A DNA stretch of 63,656 nucleotides, filler included, from Rhabdomonas costata (GCA_019059605.1; 40 parts of 40 records of this genome joined end to end with filler, not necessarily neighbours in it), one strand, 5' to 3'. Positions 25,518-38,300 are shown, counted from the whole stretch's first letter. Made by a program: numbers and translations. Notes: generated from the letters alone by a model not told the origin.

Positions 25518-25576
25518 ACAGCCGAAAAAAGTGATCATATTCAGTAATAATGAATATGATCACTTTTTTCGGCTGT
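25518..25576. repeat. Perfect 26-bp inverted repeat at contig start
   Basis: acagccgaaaaaagtgatcatattca-gtaataa-tgaatatgatcacttttttcggctgt. Confidence 0.95.
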
Positions 25577-25821
25577 GCACTCGACCAGTCCGTCTTTGAT
25601 CTTTTGTTGTTCCCCTTGTTTTGTTTTTGGGAAGACTACAGCAGTGTGCGCGTTGGGGGACAGCTGCAGAAACTGGAGTTGGGTAGGGAGACCGGAAGGC
25701 ACCTATCTGTCAATGTGCGTGCTTTCTGACAATAAAATGTGGAGTCAGGGTCAAGATCAGCATCCGGAGGTGTGTCTGAGACTCATGTGTGAGACTCATG
25801 TGGGTTTGGTGCGGGACGTAC

Positions 25822-26950
25822 GGGTGTTGCCGCCGAGGCTCTGCTCCGCGACGATGGTGGCGAGCTGGGCCAGGCCAAGGTGGGGCAGGTGGGTGCCCCC
25901 GCAGAATTCCACGCTGTAGTCCCACAGCTTCTCCTCCCGCGGGCTCTGCAGCATCGTGCCCACCTCCATCCCCACGGAGACCACCCGGACCTTCGGCGGG
26001 TACTTCTCCCCGAACACCTGCGGCACGTGGGCACGTGCGTGGCAACAGCTTCGCTCACAGAGAATGCACAGCGAAACGGAGAGGACGGTGGCGTGGTGGT
26101 TAGGGAAGGGCGTGGGGAGGAACCGAGCGCAGCGAGACGATGCTGAGGGCCTGCTCCTGGGCGCACTCCTGAGTGTACACCTTGAGGTCCTTCGAGATCT
26201 GCTCGTTGACGATCTTCTCCACCCGCTCCAGCTGCTCCTGTGAGCCCCCAAAAGGGAAAGTCGGGTCTAATGCTCAAGCTTTTCTCAACACTCTGCATTG
26301 TTGGGTGCAGGTCGTCTGGGTACAGTTGCCGGCACGTTGGGGGGGGGGGGCGCAGCCTGCAGGAAAGACCACCTCCTTCCAGAGGTCGACAAAGGTCACA
26401 AAGGTCATTCCCGAAAACGTCCGAAAAAATCCTCTGAGACAGCAACCGAGTGGATCCACTCCAAAACCACTGCCAGATGCAAAACAGGTAAACTCCAAAT
26501 CCACCAAGAATGGCCTCATCACACCCGAGTCAGGTCTTCTGGTCCGGCATCGGGGCACACCCTGCCAATCTGAGAGGTCACCCAGTGCATAACTAGATTG
26601 AGTGGCGCCGGGGACCCATGACGGTTGGTCAACAGGTCTGGAGGCCACCAGTGGACGACACCTTCCAGAATGACAAAGGAGAAGGGAGGAGGGAAACTGG
26701 TGGACGGGTTGAGGGGAGGGTGCCAGCGCACGTCGGTGAGCTTCTCGTCCCATGAGAAGTCGAACCGTAGGATCTTGTCATCGACCAGGGAGCCCTTCTG
26801 GTCAATCTGGTTGAACTCGTTGCTGGGGTTCTCGCGCACCAGGACCTGCCGCAGCGCGAAGTTCAGCACGTGCGTCGTGGTGTGGTTCGAGGCCACCGCC
26901 AGTCGGCGGTCGTAGTCCACTCGGCAGGTCACCTTGTCCCCAACACTGAT
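25822..26950 (-). CDS. AARS: Alanyl-tRNA synthetase, editing-domain region (exons 26950-26732, 26237-26124, 26017-25822)
   Basis: VDYDRR...[13 protein letters not shown] (HxxxH), QKGSLV..LRFDF, LRS|VFGEKYP..VRVVS and SVEFCGGTH (CxxxH). GT-AG introns are in phase. Confidence 0.97.
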
Positions 26951-29190
26951 CTGAGCACGTCACCCCCCAAAAAACGCAAAAAATGCAACGGGAATCTGCC
27001 AGAAGTNNNNNNNNNNNNNNNNNNNNNNNNNNNNNNNNNNNNNNNNNNNNTTAATTAATTAANNNNNNNNNNNNNNNNNNNNNNNNNNNNNNNNNNNNNN
27101 NNNNNNGGTTTTTGGGGCGTTTTAAAACGTCAGCACCGCTGTGCTCTCAGTTAAGCATTTTCGGCTTCAGCGGATCTTTGGTGTTGTTGTTGTTGTTGCT
27201 GTTGCTGTGCTTTAGCAGACAAATATTTTTGAGGCGCGGAGCGGGCGGCAGGGTTGGGACGTTCCATAGGAGACGACACTCCGTTAGAATTATTAACCGT
27301 AGCACGTACACCATGTACGAGTCGGATGCGGGCCCACCATTCTCGCTCCGAGAGGTGAAGCGGTTGTTGAAGGAAGTTCCCAGTTGTCATAGTGCGTATA
27401 CGCAGCGTTTCCCTATGCTGTCTGCTCCCTCTTGGTGGATGGTTGCAGTGTGTGTGTGTGTGTCTGTCTAGATGTGATATACACCAGGCCAGCAAACGAT
27501 TTACTTCTGTTGTTGGAAAGTAATTTGGAATAGTTGAGCTCTAGTAAAGACCCCCGCAAATCACTTTTGTCACATATCTTCTTACCTCCTGCACAAAGAT
27601 GTCGAAATGTCCTTTAGACAAGCCATCTTGTAGATGAAAAAGTATGGAAGATCTGAAATTTGTACATTTGATGATAAGTATGTTTAGTCGGCTGGAATTG
27701 CAGTATAAATCGAGCACAAAATTGTTCTTGCGCTTGTGAAAAGTCTGCATATTTCAGAATTTTTGCCTAGTAAAGAATCATGCGACAATAGAGCGTTTCC
27801 TGTGGTCACTGGACAAAATCTGGAGCAGTGATGAGTACATGAAATGCAGAAGAAGGACCCGGGGTTTTGGAAGTTTGACGGAAACATTGCAATCTTTTTG
27901 CATGGGCTGATCACTTTCAATGATATTAAATATGCTTAACGACTCCGGACCTGTGCAGCACTTGGAGGTTTTCAGAAAAATTGTAGATCCATGTGGAAAT
28001 TTAGCTTGTTAGGAAAATTTTGTTGGACTTATAAAGCAACTTTTGTTCCCACAGACCTGAGACAAAAATTTAGTGATTGAAACTGCATAATTACACCGCT
28101 GCTCAAACGGATGGCGTCACAATTAACAGAAGCTTGAAGTCCTAGTGCCATCGTGTCCTAGGGTCCTAGTGTCCGTTTTCATTTAGACATTGAAAAGCTG
28201 AAGCGCCAACAATACAAGCTTTACACCTGAAGGAATGGTTGACTTTCGTCAGCATGTTGCTGCGGCATTACCATATGGAAGTACGGTACCGCATATTCAC
28301 ACAATCATTATTTTGACAGGACGTGGTTCTGTCTCGAGAACTCAGTAGAGCTGCTACAGTTTGACACAGTGTTTCTATGTGTTACAGTCTTTCTTTTCCT
28401 GTGATGGTTTGCTGGGTGATAATTAATTGAGGGTTTGGTCGCAAGCTTCACGTGCGTATTCTTTTTCTTTGCTCCAAGGTGTCTTTTTGGAAATACGGTA
28501 AGTTCCAATGAGCCAACTGCACAAATGCGCCCATTTCCTGCCTCACAAAATGGACACACATAAACTTTTGTTTTTCCGCGAATAATTTGTGCATTACCAA
28601 NNNNNNNNNNNNNNNNNNNNNNNNNNNNNNNNNNNNNNNNNNNNTTAATTAATTAANNNNNNNNNNNNNNNNNNNNNNNNNNNNNNNNNNNNNNNNNNNN
28701 CATTATGTCCTGAAGCATAACCCCATCCCCCGCTATGTCTCCGGGTAAACTTCCTAGGATCTTGGGCCGCGGAGCGGCCGCTCCGCGGCTCAAGACATTT
28801 TGAAAATCTTTCAATATAGGGTACATCGCCACAAATGTCTCAAGACATATTTGGCGGATAAAGTGCTTGGATTCCTGTGAGGAGGGGTCAAGTTGCAATG
28901 CCTTTCTCTTTCTGTGTTCCCTTTTCACAGCTAGATAATTTCCCCCGTCAACATTCAGCGTCCCTGTTTTCTTGTTTCCTTTCACACTGAAAATTCCTCT
29001 TCTCCCACGGTTCTTCATCGATCTCCTTGTCCTTCATATCAGGCGCAGAGAATGCCTCGTTTGGACATTTTGGGTATTCAAGATCGCCCTTGTCCACGCG
29101 TTTTGTGATGTGGTTGGTGGGCACTTGAAGTTGCTGCACAGTGTCACTTGCTGGGTGCCCTTCTGCGGATGCCTCACATTACGCACACAG

Positions 29191-29999
29191 GAAGAAATGC
29201 TTAAGACAGTTCACGCCTGCCGGCTCAACCTCTCACTGTGTTACCTAAAGCTGCATTCGCATCGGAAGTGCGCCCAGCAGTGCTCCAAGGTGCTGCACAA
29301 GGATCCGAACAACGTGAAGGCACTGTACAGGTGCCGTGAGCTACTTCTCTCCCAAGTTTTCCGGTGCTTGCTGCTGTTGCTGTTGTCGTTGCATATCGTT
29401 TTCGCTTTTTGTTTTTCCAAGATTGGCGAACACCGTTTTTCTGCCACCCAGGCCTGAGCTCAGGGCGCAGATTTTCTTGAATGCGTATTTGCTCCCTATA
29501 ATTGCTCAGACCAAGTCGCGGCAAAAGTGCCGGAAGTTGAAGGACGGCCAGAATTACGTCCAGCCGCTGTCATTTTCTCGTGTCGTCTGCAAAAACCCTG
29601 CAGGTCATGCGAGAAAACCAGGGAGAAAGCAATCGTGACAACCCTTGGATGCACCCAGCAAAGCCCGGAGTACCGCATCTTATACGCACTCTACCCTTTC
29701 AAGTGCACCGCTCTTCTTGACGTCTCGAAACCAGCACTCCCTCAGTTTTTGTGGATGAATGAAGCCATGGGCTAGCCGATGTTGAAGAACTTTGTTTTGC
29801 TGCGCACTTCTCTCTCCGCAGACGTGCGTGCTCGCTGATGGAACTGGGCGAACATTCTTCTGCTCGGCAGGACTTGGTGGCCTGTTTGGCCCACGACCCA
29901 AACAGTGCCGAGGCTAAGGGAAAGCTGACTTCCGTAGAAGCAGTCCTGGCACAGCAGAGGCGCCGGGAGAAGCAGCTCTTTTCGGGGATGTTCCAGTGA
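29191..29999 (+). CDS. TPR protein of FKBP51/52/Cyp40 co-chaperone type, last two exons (29191-29330, 29822-29999)
   Basis: CRLNLSLCYLKL...CSKVL..DPNNVKALYR|RA...ARQDL...DPNS...REKQLFSGMFQ* gives TPR2-3 plus the EKxxYxxMF-like tail. A PPIase domain is not in the contig. Confidence 0.88.
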
Positions 30000-30301
30000 G
30001 AGGGGCTGGGGTGCAGTTTGTACTTTTTTGGTTCACGACTCGTGGTCGCTGGTCGCACCGCAAATTCGTCCCTGTGATTGCTCAACTTGTATTACATGGA
30101 CGCACAGATTCCAACAAACGCCTGGAAAGCGTTCTCTTTCCTGCTCTTTGAAAAGCGGTCGTAGGGCGTCATTTTCGGCCAAAAAAAACCCCCGNNNNNN
30201 NNNNNNNNNNNNNNNNNNNNNNNNNNNNNNNNNNNNNNTTAATTAATTAANNNNNNNNNNNNNNNNNNNNNNNNNNNNNNNNNNNNNNNNNNNNTGTTGT
30301 G

Positions 30302-30774
30302 GACTACTGGCCTATCCTTCCCCTGTCTTCAGTGCTCTTCTGTGCAGGTCAGCTGCTGTGTGCAAACCCAGCTGCATTTTGGCTTTTATTGTGAGGTGCG
30401 TGTGCCTTAGTTGGTCGCCAAACCCTCTTTGCCGAGTCGTTCAAATCGGAAGCGGTAGGTGCTGTAGGATTGGTTGACCGCGGACCCTCAAGCACTGAGT
30501 GCGCATGTGAGCTCTGTAACGTGACCGTTGTGCCCCTCCGGGCAATTATTTCTCTCTCGTACTAGCACACGATGCCCTACTTGTGGAAGTACGCGCTTCA
30601 AGGCGCTGCGTGTTCTGCAGTTCACTAGCTTTTAATTTACCTTTTGTAGACTACTGGCCTACCCTTCCCTTGTCTTCAGTGCACTTTTGTTTTCAGTGCC
30701 CTTCTGTGCGGGTCAGCTGCTGTGTGCAATCCAGCTGCATATTGGCTTTCAAATAAAAAATTAATGTGAGGTGC
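30302..30774. repeat. Imperfect ~90-120 bp direct repeat pair (30302-30399, 30649-30774)
   Basis: Both copies read gactactggcctaYccttccc.tgtcttcagtgc...ggtcagctgctgtgtgcaa..ccagctgcat...ggcttt...gtgaggtgc. Confidence 0.9.
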
Positions 30775-31963
30775 CTGTGGTGCTGTAGCCTCAATGCGTG
30801 CCACGGCACCCTGTTTATGTAAAGAAAGACTCTGCCTAACCCTTTGCCGTCTGTCGTTTGTGGTTTGTGGCTGCGTACATGTGTCCTTCCAGCAGTGAAA
30901 GGTGATACCGATTTTAATGGGTGCACAGCAACACGGAACACGTTCGAAACCTCATCGGAGGCTGACTAGTCTGCAGAACAGCAATGCCTCGTACACGGTG
31001 TGAGTTACGAGGTATGAGATTGGCTGGTGTTCCATTGAGCATTTCTTATAACGGTTTCTTGTATTGGGTGCTTCATTGTTCCGGTTAGTTTTTTCCTCGT
31101 TCCTCGTTTTTCCTCTGAAGCTTTTTGTAATCGGTGCTTTCTTCCGGTCAGGGTAGTGGTAAGGGTAGGATTGTGAACGCGCTTCTTGGTTTGTGCAACA
31201 ATCGTCTCTCCATAGAAAATTCTTCCTCATATGCGAGCTTGCCTCAGCCTCTATGAACCGGAATGAGATGACCGGAACGGTGGAGAGAGTTGTGTTAGGG
31301 AAAGGAGGTAATGAGCGACCGGACCCCCCGCATTTGCATGCCGGGACCCCGGTCACCAGACATCACCCCCGCCTCGGCTTCCTTGAGAGCTTTGCAAACG
31401 GGCCGGTAGAGCGACCAGGGGGGATAGAGGGGTCGAAACCCCACCAGAGCCTCTGGGAGAACAACTCTACACCTTGCCTTGCAGGAAATCAACTCAAACC
31501 GGTGGGTAACGGGCTACAGGGGATTGCCTGACCCCAGCCCCCCAGGGCCTCCCCTTGCGGAGGGGTCTGGGGTCCAATGCGAGCAGAGGCACCCCCGCCG
31601 CGCAGCAGAGGGCTCCACGCGGCAGGAGGCGGTACTCGGTGGAAAGGCTGTGCGGCACTGCAGATTCCCGTCCCCGACTCACTTCAGCGAGTGAGTGAAG
31701 TGTCACTGATAGTAGTGGTTTCTCATCGTCGGAATCCTTCTGGTGAAAGCTCCAAGGGAGACACGAGGTCCCCCACCCTGGAAACACANNNNNNNNNNNN
31801 NNNNNNNNNNNNNNNNNNNNNNNNNNNNNNNNTTAATTAATTAANNNNNNNNNNNNNNNNNNNNNNNNNNNNNNNNNNNNNNNNNNNNTGTTGGGTGTTT
31901 CGCAATGCTTTCTTGATCCTTTTTATGTGCGGATGAATGGGGAGAGGGGGGCGTATCTGACAG

Positions 31964-33323
31964 ACGGCGTTCTTCCACATCACTGACCTCAACACGGTGT
32001 ACTCCGCAGGCACGGACAACGTGGTCAAGTGTGTGACCCTTCCCCTCTTTCTCTTCGAGCCCGTACCACCAACTCAACGGAAAGCGGTCGTTCGTCTGCA
32101 GTGGTAATCGGTTTTACGGCTACATCAGTTCATATCCATTCAGGACTGAAAGGTAAAGGTCTCGCGGTTATAGGTAGGCAATGGAGGGCGGGAGATATTT
32201 CAGAGCACCATGCCGACCCGTGGGTTTTCTTAACCCCCTGACCCGGAACCAGGGACATAACCAAAAACCACACCTCCGCATTTTGTCCGTCAACGTCTGT
32301 TCAGCATCTAGAAAGAAACCACGGCCTTGGAACTTCAGTGAATGGGCACTGTTGGTATGGGTTAAAGCAAATATATGCTTCAGGAAGTGGGGTATGTTTC
32401 TGGTTTCTGGTTATTCCTGTATGATGTTGCATTTGCTCGTGGGTCGGGGATATGTCCGCAGGAAGTGGGATCTGCGCACCCCGGAGCAGCCGGTGAACAC
32501 TACGGAGATCGCGGACCTGACCGGGATGGAGTACAGCCGGGACTGCGACATCTTGATTGTCGCCTCGAAGCTGGCCGTGACCTTCCACAACACCGCCGAG
32601 TATGCTGTCACTTCCTTGCTACAATCTGCCATTGAGCAACAGCAGCCGCTAGGGTAATTGGGTGGGTGAGGGTGGGTTGGAGGGCTCATTCTGTGGCTGT
32701 GGGCGCAGTTTAGTCAGTTGTCGGGCGCCCAGATGCGCCTGAGGCAATGCCACGACACGATGTTGTGTGAATCGTCGGGTGGTTGTTCTTTAAGAACACT
32801 TTCATTCGTGGGTAGAGTGCATTTTGTGAGAAACATGAAAATATTCGGAGAATATTCAGAAACGGGCCAGTGCGTTCGAGTTCGTCGTTCATGACCTCTT
32901 ACTTTTACCTTATAAGCACACTTTGATCGCTCTCGCAAAAAATCGTGGTTGCAATTTTGTTCTAGCCGAATAGCAGCTATCTTCGGGTGTTGCTTGCTTC
33001 AGAGCATTGCACCGGGAAGGTACAATGATGTTAAACTGTGGGGGTCTGTCTGCATTGGGATTAAACAAGTTGCTAATGTGCTCATCCAAACTCTTGTTGA
33101 GTGATCCGTATTTGCTCGTGACAATGTTGAAATGTTGATGGCTTCGTTCCCACGGCTCGCCTCACCCTTCTCTATTTTTGCCCCAACAGTATCTCCATTG
33201 TGAGGCAGTTCCCGGCCACCGAGGAGATCGAGTGCGCCGCGCTGTCCCCCTCTGGCGAGGTTTATGCTGTGGGCAGTAAGCTCAAGGTGAAGGAGTACGA
33301 CCGTGCCTCCGGAACGGAGCTAC
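31964..33323 (+). CDS. STRAP: WD40 protein STRAP/UNRIP fragment (exons 31964-32028, 32462-32599, 33190-33323)
   Basis: SAGTDNVVKKWDLRT...MEYSRDCDILIVA...VTFH...IECAALSPSGEVYAVGSKLKVKEYDRASGTEL is collinear with STRAP (MEY...ILV...IAFH...SASLHP...YDYNSGEEL). Phases agree. Confidence 0.8.
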
Positions 33324-33484
33324 GTATGGCAAAACACTAGCCCGCCACCACCTCCCCATACACCGGTTTCTCCAACCACAACNNNNNNNNNNNNNNNNNN
33401 NNNNNNNNNNNNNNNNNNNNNNNNNNTTAATTAATTAANNNNNNNNNNNNNNNNNNNNNNNNNNNNNNNNNNNNNNNNNNNNAG

Positions 33485-34576
33485 CTAGCGCACCTGTTAC
33501 CGCATAGCACCTACTGCTCCCTTTGGTACAGTCCAGTTGCGAAGGCAATTCTGGGTCAACCTGAAGCAGATGGCCTGAAGCTTGTTTTTGGCGTGCTCAA
33601 AACAGGGGAAGCCGATTCTACTGAAGAGATTTCTGGTTCGGAAGGACGAAAAAAACGGAAGGTAATTCGAACGCCAAACACGGGGCTGAAGTTTACTGCG
33701 GTGAACCGTATTTGCCTTCCTACGCAAAAGTACCTTGATTTGAAACCCACCGTCCTCATAGTGCCCGTTCTTTCCCCTGACGACGTGAAGTCGTGGAAGT
33801 CCGAAAGAGAGTACGATGTGCTTGTAGTTTGCCGAAGCTCGGCCGCCGCCGCCACCGCCAGCGAAGCCTATGCGAATTGTCGCATGATTGGTGCATACCC
33901 CTGCTGCTCGAACTCCGCAGACCTGGTGCTGGCAACGAACACCCTGCAATGGTTCATCAAAGGGCTGGCAGCTTTAATACGGTCGGACGACTTCCGCAAG
34001 CTGCTTTGCTCTGTGAAGAAAACCCTGCTAAGTTCCCAAGAAGGTGCAGATTCTCCCCCAGCTTGCTGCTCCAGCAGTGCTTCAGCTGAGCCTTCTTCCT
34101 CATCGCCCTGTGGCTGCCAACCTTTGGGAGATCTGAGTCTCCACCAGAATGCAGAGCTTATGAAAGGCTACGAGAGCATTTGTGAAGTGCTCGGAAAATT
34201 GAAGTCGAACGTCGTTCATGTGCCAGTGCTAAATGGAAACATTGACTTAAACCAGAAGCGAGTCATCCAGGTGTCCCTGGGGAAAGTGCACCTCCCAGAG
34301 AACACAATCCACCCAGCCCCTGACCCCATGCTGCTGCTGCTCCGGGCTGCGTTGGTCTTCAGCCGGCAGTCCTATGGCATTTCGCTGCTGCCTGCATGTG
34401 GCCCTCCCCCTGAAGACGAGGAGGAAGTCCCTTCCTGGTTGGAGCCTCTGCTAACCCTTCCCACAGCTCCCGTCGAGAAGCAGCAGGCGGACGTGAAGGC
34501 CGTGCCGCCCGAGACTGCCATTAAGGAGTGGCTCAACAACGTCACCTCAAGTGTATCCCCTTCGCTTGATTTGTAA
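33485..34576 (+). CDS. Intronless, 5'-truncated HNH_2-like (Crinkler/RHS-effector-type) endonuclease domain protein, at least 363 aa
   Basis: The frame is open from the contig edge, upstream of the listed ORF start: LAHLLPHSTYCSLWY...TGLKFTAVNRICLPTQKYLDLKPTVLIVPV...HPAPDPMLLLLRAAL. This follows the AHxxP...N...L....FD...IVP...PDPxLL pattern. Confidence 0.65.
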   Translation, partial: LAHLLPHSTYCSLWYSPVAKAILGQPEADGLKLVFGVLKTGEADSTEEISGSEGRKKRKVIRTPNTGLKFTAVNRICLPTQKYLDLKPTVLIVPVLSPDDVKSWKSEREYDVLVVCRSSAAAATASEAYANCRMIGAYPCCSNSADLVLATNTLQWFIKGLAALIRSDDFRKLLCSVKKTLLSSQEGADSPPACCSSSASAEPSSSSPCGCQPLGDLSLHQNAELMKGYESICEVLGKLKSNVVHVPVLNGNIDLNQKRVIQVSLGKVHLPENTIHPAPDPMLLLLRAALVFSRQSYGISLLPACGPPPEDEEEVPSWLEPLLTLPTAPVEKQQADVKAVPPETAIKEWLNNVTSSVSPSLDL

Positions 34577-35092
34577 AAAGCCGTGCCCCCCGGTACAAGA
34601 GAGGTTTCTTCGATTCTGGCACCCGGCACTTGTGATTTCGTTCCGGTTGGGCGCAGGCAGACTGTCTCGTTGCACCTTTTTTTTTCGGGCACAGCTCTCG
34701 TTCCTGTTTTAGCACTTCGAGATTCACCTTATGGATTATTGTTATTGCCAATGGCTGATTTTTGATGCAACGAGGCAGGTAAGAGGGCGTCGGAGGTGGG
34801 GCAGCTCGAAAGCAACCAAAACTGTTTGGCACCGCAAAACACGTCCAAACCTGAAATCCCTGACCAGGCACGGCTCCCTTTCGTGTTCTTTGTCAGCGCT
34901 GCAAACGTGCGCAGACAGGATCTTTGGAGAGGTATGCTTTGCTGGATCTTGCACCGTGTTGCACCGTATTGCTCCANNNNNNNNNNNNNNNNNNNNNNNN
35001 NNNNNNNNNNNNNNNNNNNNTTAATTAATTAANNNNNNNNNNNNNNNNNNNNNNNNNNNNNNNNNNNNNNNNNNNNGTGTTGGGTGTGGTTT

Positions 35093-35348
35093 GTTTTGTG
35101 TCTTTCATGTGCGAAACGAAAGTTTGCGCAGCAAACTGAAGTTTCGCACGTTCCTCTCCTTTTCCACCACAGTCACACATTTATATCTCTCATTCCCTGT
35201 GTTCCGGAACCCACCCCACCCCTCCCCTCCCCTCGAAGTAATGCAGATGTATTCTGCCACGGCACTGTGCTGATCGACGACCGGGTCACTGGTCACGTGA
35301 AGAGTTTTGTGTCTTTCATGTGCGAAACGAAAGTTTGCGCAGCAAACT
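35093..35348. repeat. Exact 45-bp direct repeat (35093-35137, 35304-35348) with terminal hairpin
   Basis: gttttgtgtctttcatgtgcgaaacgaaagtttgcgcagcaaact occurs twice. It ends in agtttgc-gca-gcaaact, a 7-bp stem. Confidence 0.93.
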
Positions 35349-38300
35349 AGAGTTAAAAGCTGTGGTAAAAACTTCCGTTTAGGTATAAAAAAGAAAGTGA
35401 GAAATAAAGATGAGCTGCTATCTTTTAATCACTTCTTTTTTACCCTCGTTTGCGATCGTGGGTCAAGTACGAGTGGGTGGACACACGCAATATTCCCATT
35501 ACTTACTGGCACTAAAAGCATTTTTGTGAGTTTTGGTTGACTGGAACTAGGGCCTTCTGCTGGGGAAAATTAAGATAAGCGGCCCAGCTTTTTACCATCT
35601 CTTTTCTCATCCCTTGTTTTTTTTTCGAACGGTTGCAGGAAATCCTCACTTTTCAGCAACGCCCAAAACTGTCTGTAAGAACAAAGCATCCCGAAAAGGC
35701 CAGCAGTGGTGCAAGCCACTCCAATCCCACTGTGAAACACTACTGGGCCTCGCCGTTAGGTGTGCTGAGCAAGTCCCAGCAGACGGCCGTAGTTGCGCCC
35801 ACATCTGACCTGTCCTCTCGGTATCGGTGGGAATGGTGGGACTTCGGGATAAAGCTTAGGAAGCCTCGGGTGTGGCACTCTGAAGGGACTTGGCCGCTTT
35901 GGAGAGAAATGTTTCCTAATAGCCGTGTCTTTGGAACGCTTTGTCGTTTGACGAAAACTCCTTGGAGTGACTTGGGCTTAGTTTTTCGCTTTTCGCCCGG
36001 GTCGGGGACGGCGCTTGCCTGCTTGCAAGTAACCGCTCTTTGATTATCGGCTTCACCTTGCCCTGGGGCGCAGTTGGCTTTGTTTGCTTGGTATTGCTGG
36101 TGTACCATTCACTGAACTGTGGTGGCGCAGTAACTTGCAGTTCTCAAAAAGAAAAAATCAAAGTATTTTGTATTCGACTGGTGAAACCGCGTTTTGGTGG
36201 CTATCGATAATGGATGCCTCTGTGAGTCACGGTAATTGGTCACTGGAAACGAGGGTAATAGCACCAGCACCACCACCACCAGCGTCGCTCACGGAAAACC
36301 GGAAAAAGCACAAAGCAACGTTTCCTTCCTCTGCTGATGAACGTGCGTGGAACCACCCCACCAACCCCCGGGCAACGTCTCGGTCTCAGCGGACTGGCCT
36401 CCGCGGCCTATGGTCCGCAGTGGCCTTCGCTCCCCTTTTGTACCCTTTTTGTATTGCAATCCTGGGAACCGTTACCGTTCAGCGCCCGCTTGGGGGATAG
36501 TAAACGCTCTCTTTGTCACGATGGATGGAGAGATGGAGGGAGAGGCCAAAACCCCATAATCCGGCGCAATNNNNNNNNNNNNNNNNNNNNNNNNNNNNNN
36601 NNNNNNNNNNNNNNTTAATTAATTAANNNNNNNNNNNNNNNNNNNNNNNNNNNNNNNNNNNNNNNNNNNNGTGGTGTTGGAGTCAGTGGGGTGGTAGTCA
36701 GGGGACGAGGGGTCGGCATCCTCACAGGATCCCCCTGCTCCACAAGTCCGAGAACGAAGATCAAGGACTTCTGCAGGAGCGGTGGACGAGGAGGCAAACC
36801 TGTGGGTGAGAGAAACCAGGTGTGTTTTTCGGCAGCCGCTGCACTTGCCGGTGGCGGGGGAGGGGTTAATTTTTCTTAATTCGGCATGTACACGTTGTCT
36901 GTGGCCTGGGACCTGTTGTATGAAGAATCGGTGCATTTTGGCTCAACAACGTTATGGAAAGCTCCGTGAGAGCAGTATGCTGGGACATCTTTTCTTTAAG
37001 TTCGAATTTCGGGTCGACGCTTTCTGTCTTTGTTCTCCCAGCCCTCTCTTTGTCCCCCAAAATCCAAATTATATATTCGGGAAGTGTCTTACATTTAAAT
37101 TTTCCACTGTAATACTTTCACGGTCGGGTGTGTGTTACGTTGTAAGATATTCTGAAACTGCCGGGAGATAATACGGCAGGTGAAGTTCGTAGGCTGGGCA
37201 CCACCTGCTAGCCTCTCTTGCCTGAAAGATTCCGGTGCACACAGATTCTGGGTGCACATTAAAGCGACCTGAAAGATTTTGCACTTTTTTAAAAAGTGTT
37301 TGCTATTGCAAAAAAAGGCCCCACGAGGTCTTGAGAGTACAGTGGAATGTCAAACACATCCCCAAACTGAAAGACAACCTCAAGCAATTGCGAGAGAGAG
37401 AGAGAGAGGCATCTTACACTCACAGAGAGACCTCACGGCGGTGGCAGTGGTAGTGCAGCCTGTGGGGTGGCAGGGCGGAAGCAGTCCGGCTTTTCCCGCG
37501 GGGGTGGTCAACCGCTGCGGAGCGGGCACGGGCCGACCCCCCGAGGAGACCAAAACACGCCCCGCCGCTGAGGAAAAAAAGAAGCAGTAGTTGCCAAGGG
37601 CTTTCGAACGCAACCGTCCTTACTCGCTTTTTTTGCAACCCACATGGCAGTCCGAAAAGATGGCAGCCACCTTAAAAATAAGAGTTTTTGATATGTACTC
37701 TACAGGAGGTGTTTCCACACCACAGGCGATACTTGGAGTTAGAAAAAAGACTCCAAGTGGATCCTGTGGAAATGCATTTGAACAGCCTTTTTCGGACATT
37801 AAAGCGACTTTTTGAGCGTCATTAAGTCTCCACTTCTGATGTTCCATGACCAGTCTTCGCAAAATTATCGTTTCAGCTGTAATTCTCACTTTCAACTAAG
37901 GACTTTGTATTCAAAAATCAAAATCATACTGGAGCATTTTATTGAAACACTGTGAACTCAGGCAATTGGTCAAGGTCAAAGTCAAAGTTGCAACCCGCTG
38001 AGCCTGGCGGCAGTGAAATAGATAGCCGTTACACTCTCTCAGAGATATGCGGAGGGCATAAAGCATTTTGTAATGTTAATGAAACTTTTTGGCTGTTGTG
38101 AACCACTGGAGTTGTTGTTGCACAGCTTTGCTATTCGTATGGGAGCGGGGTGGTCCACAACAACNNNNNNNNNNNNNNNNNNNNNNNNNNNNNNNNNNNN
38201 NNNNNNNNTTAATTAATTAANNNNNNNNNNNNNNNNNNNNNNNNNNNNNNNNNNNNNNNNNNNNGAAGGAGCGCACTGAGCTCACCGAGGAGCACACGGG

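Noticed and set aside
27828..27912. GTGATGA...CTGA, possible box C/D snoRNA
   Set aside because: I could not recognise an rRNA-complementary guide, and such short motifs arise by chance.
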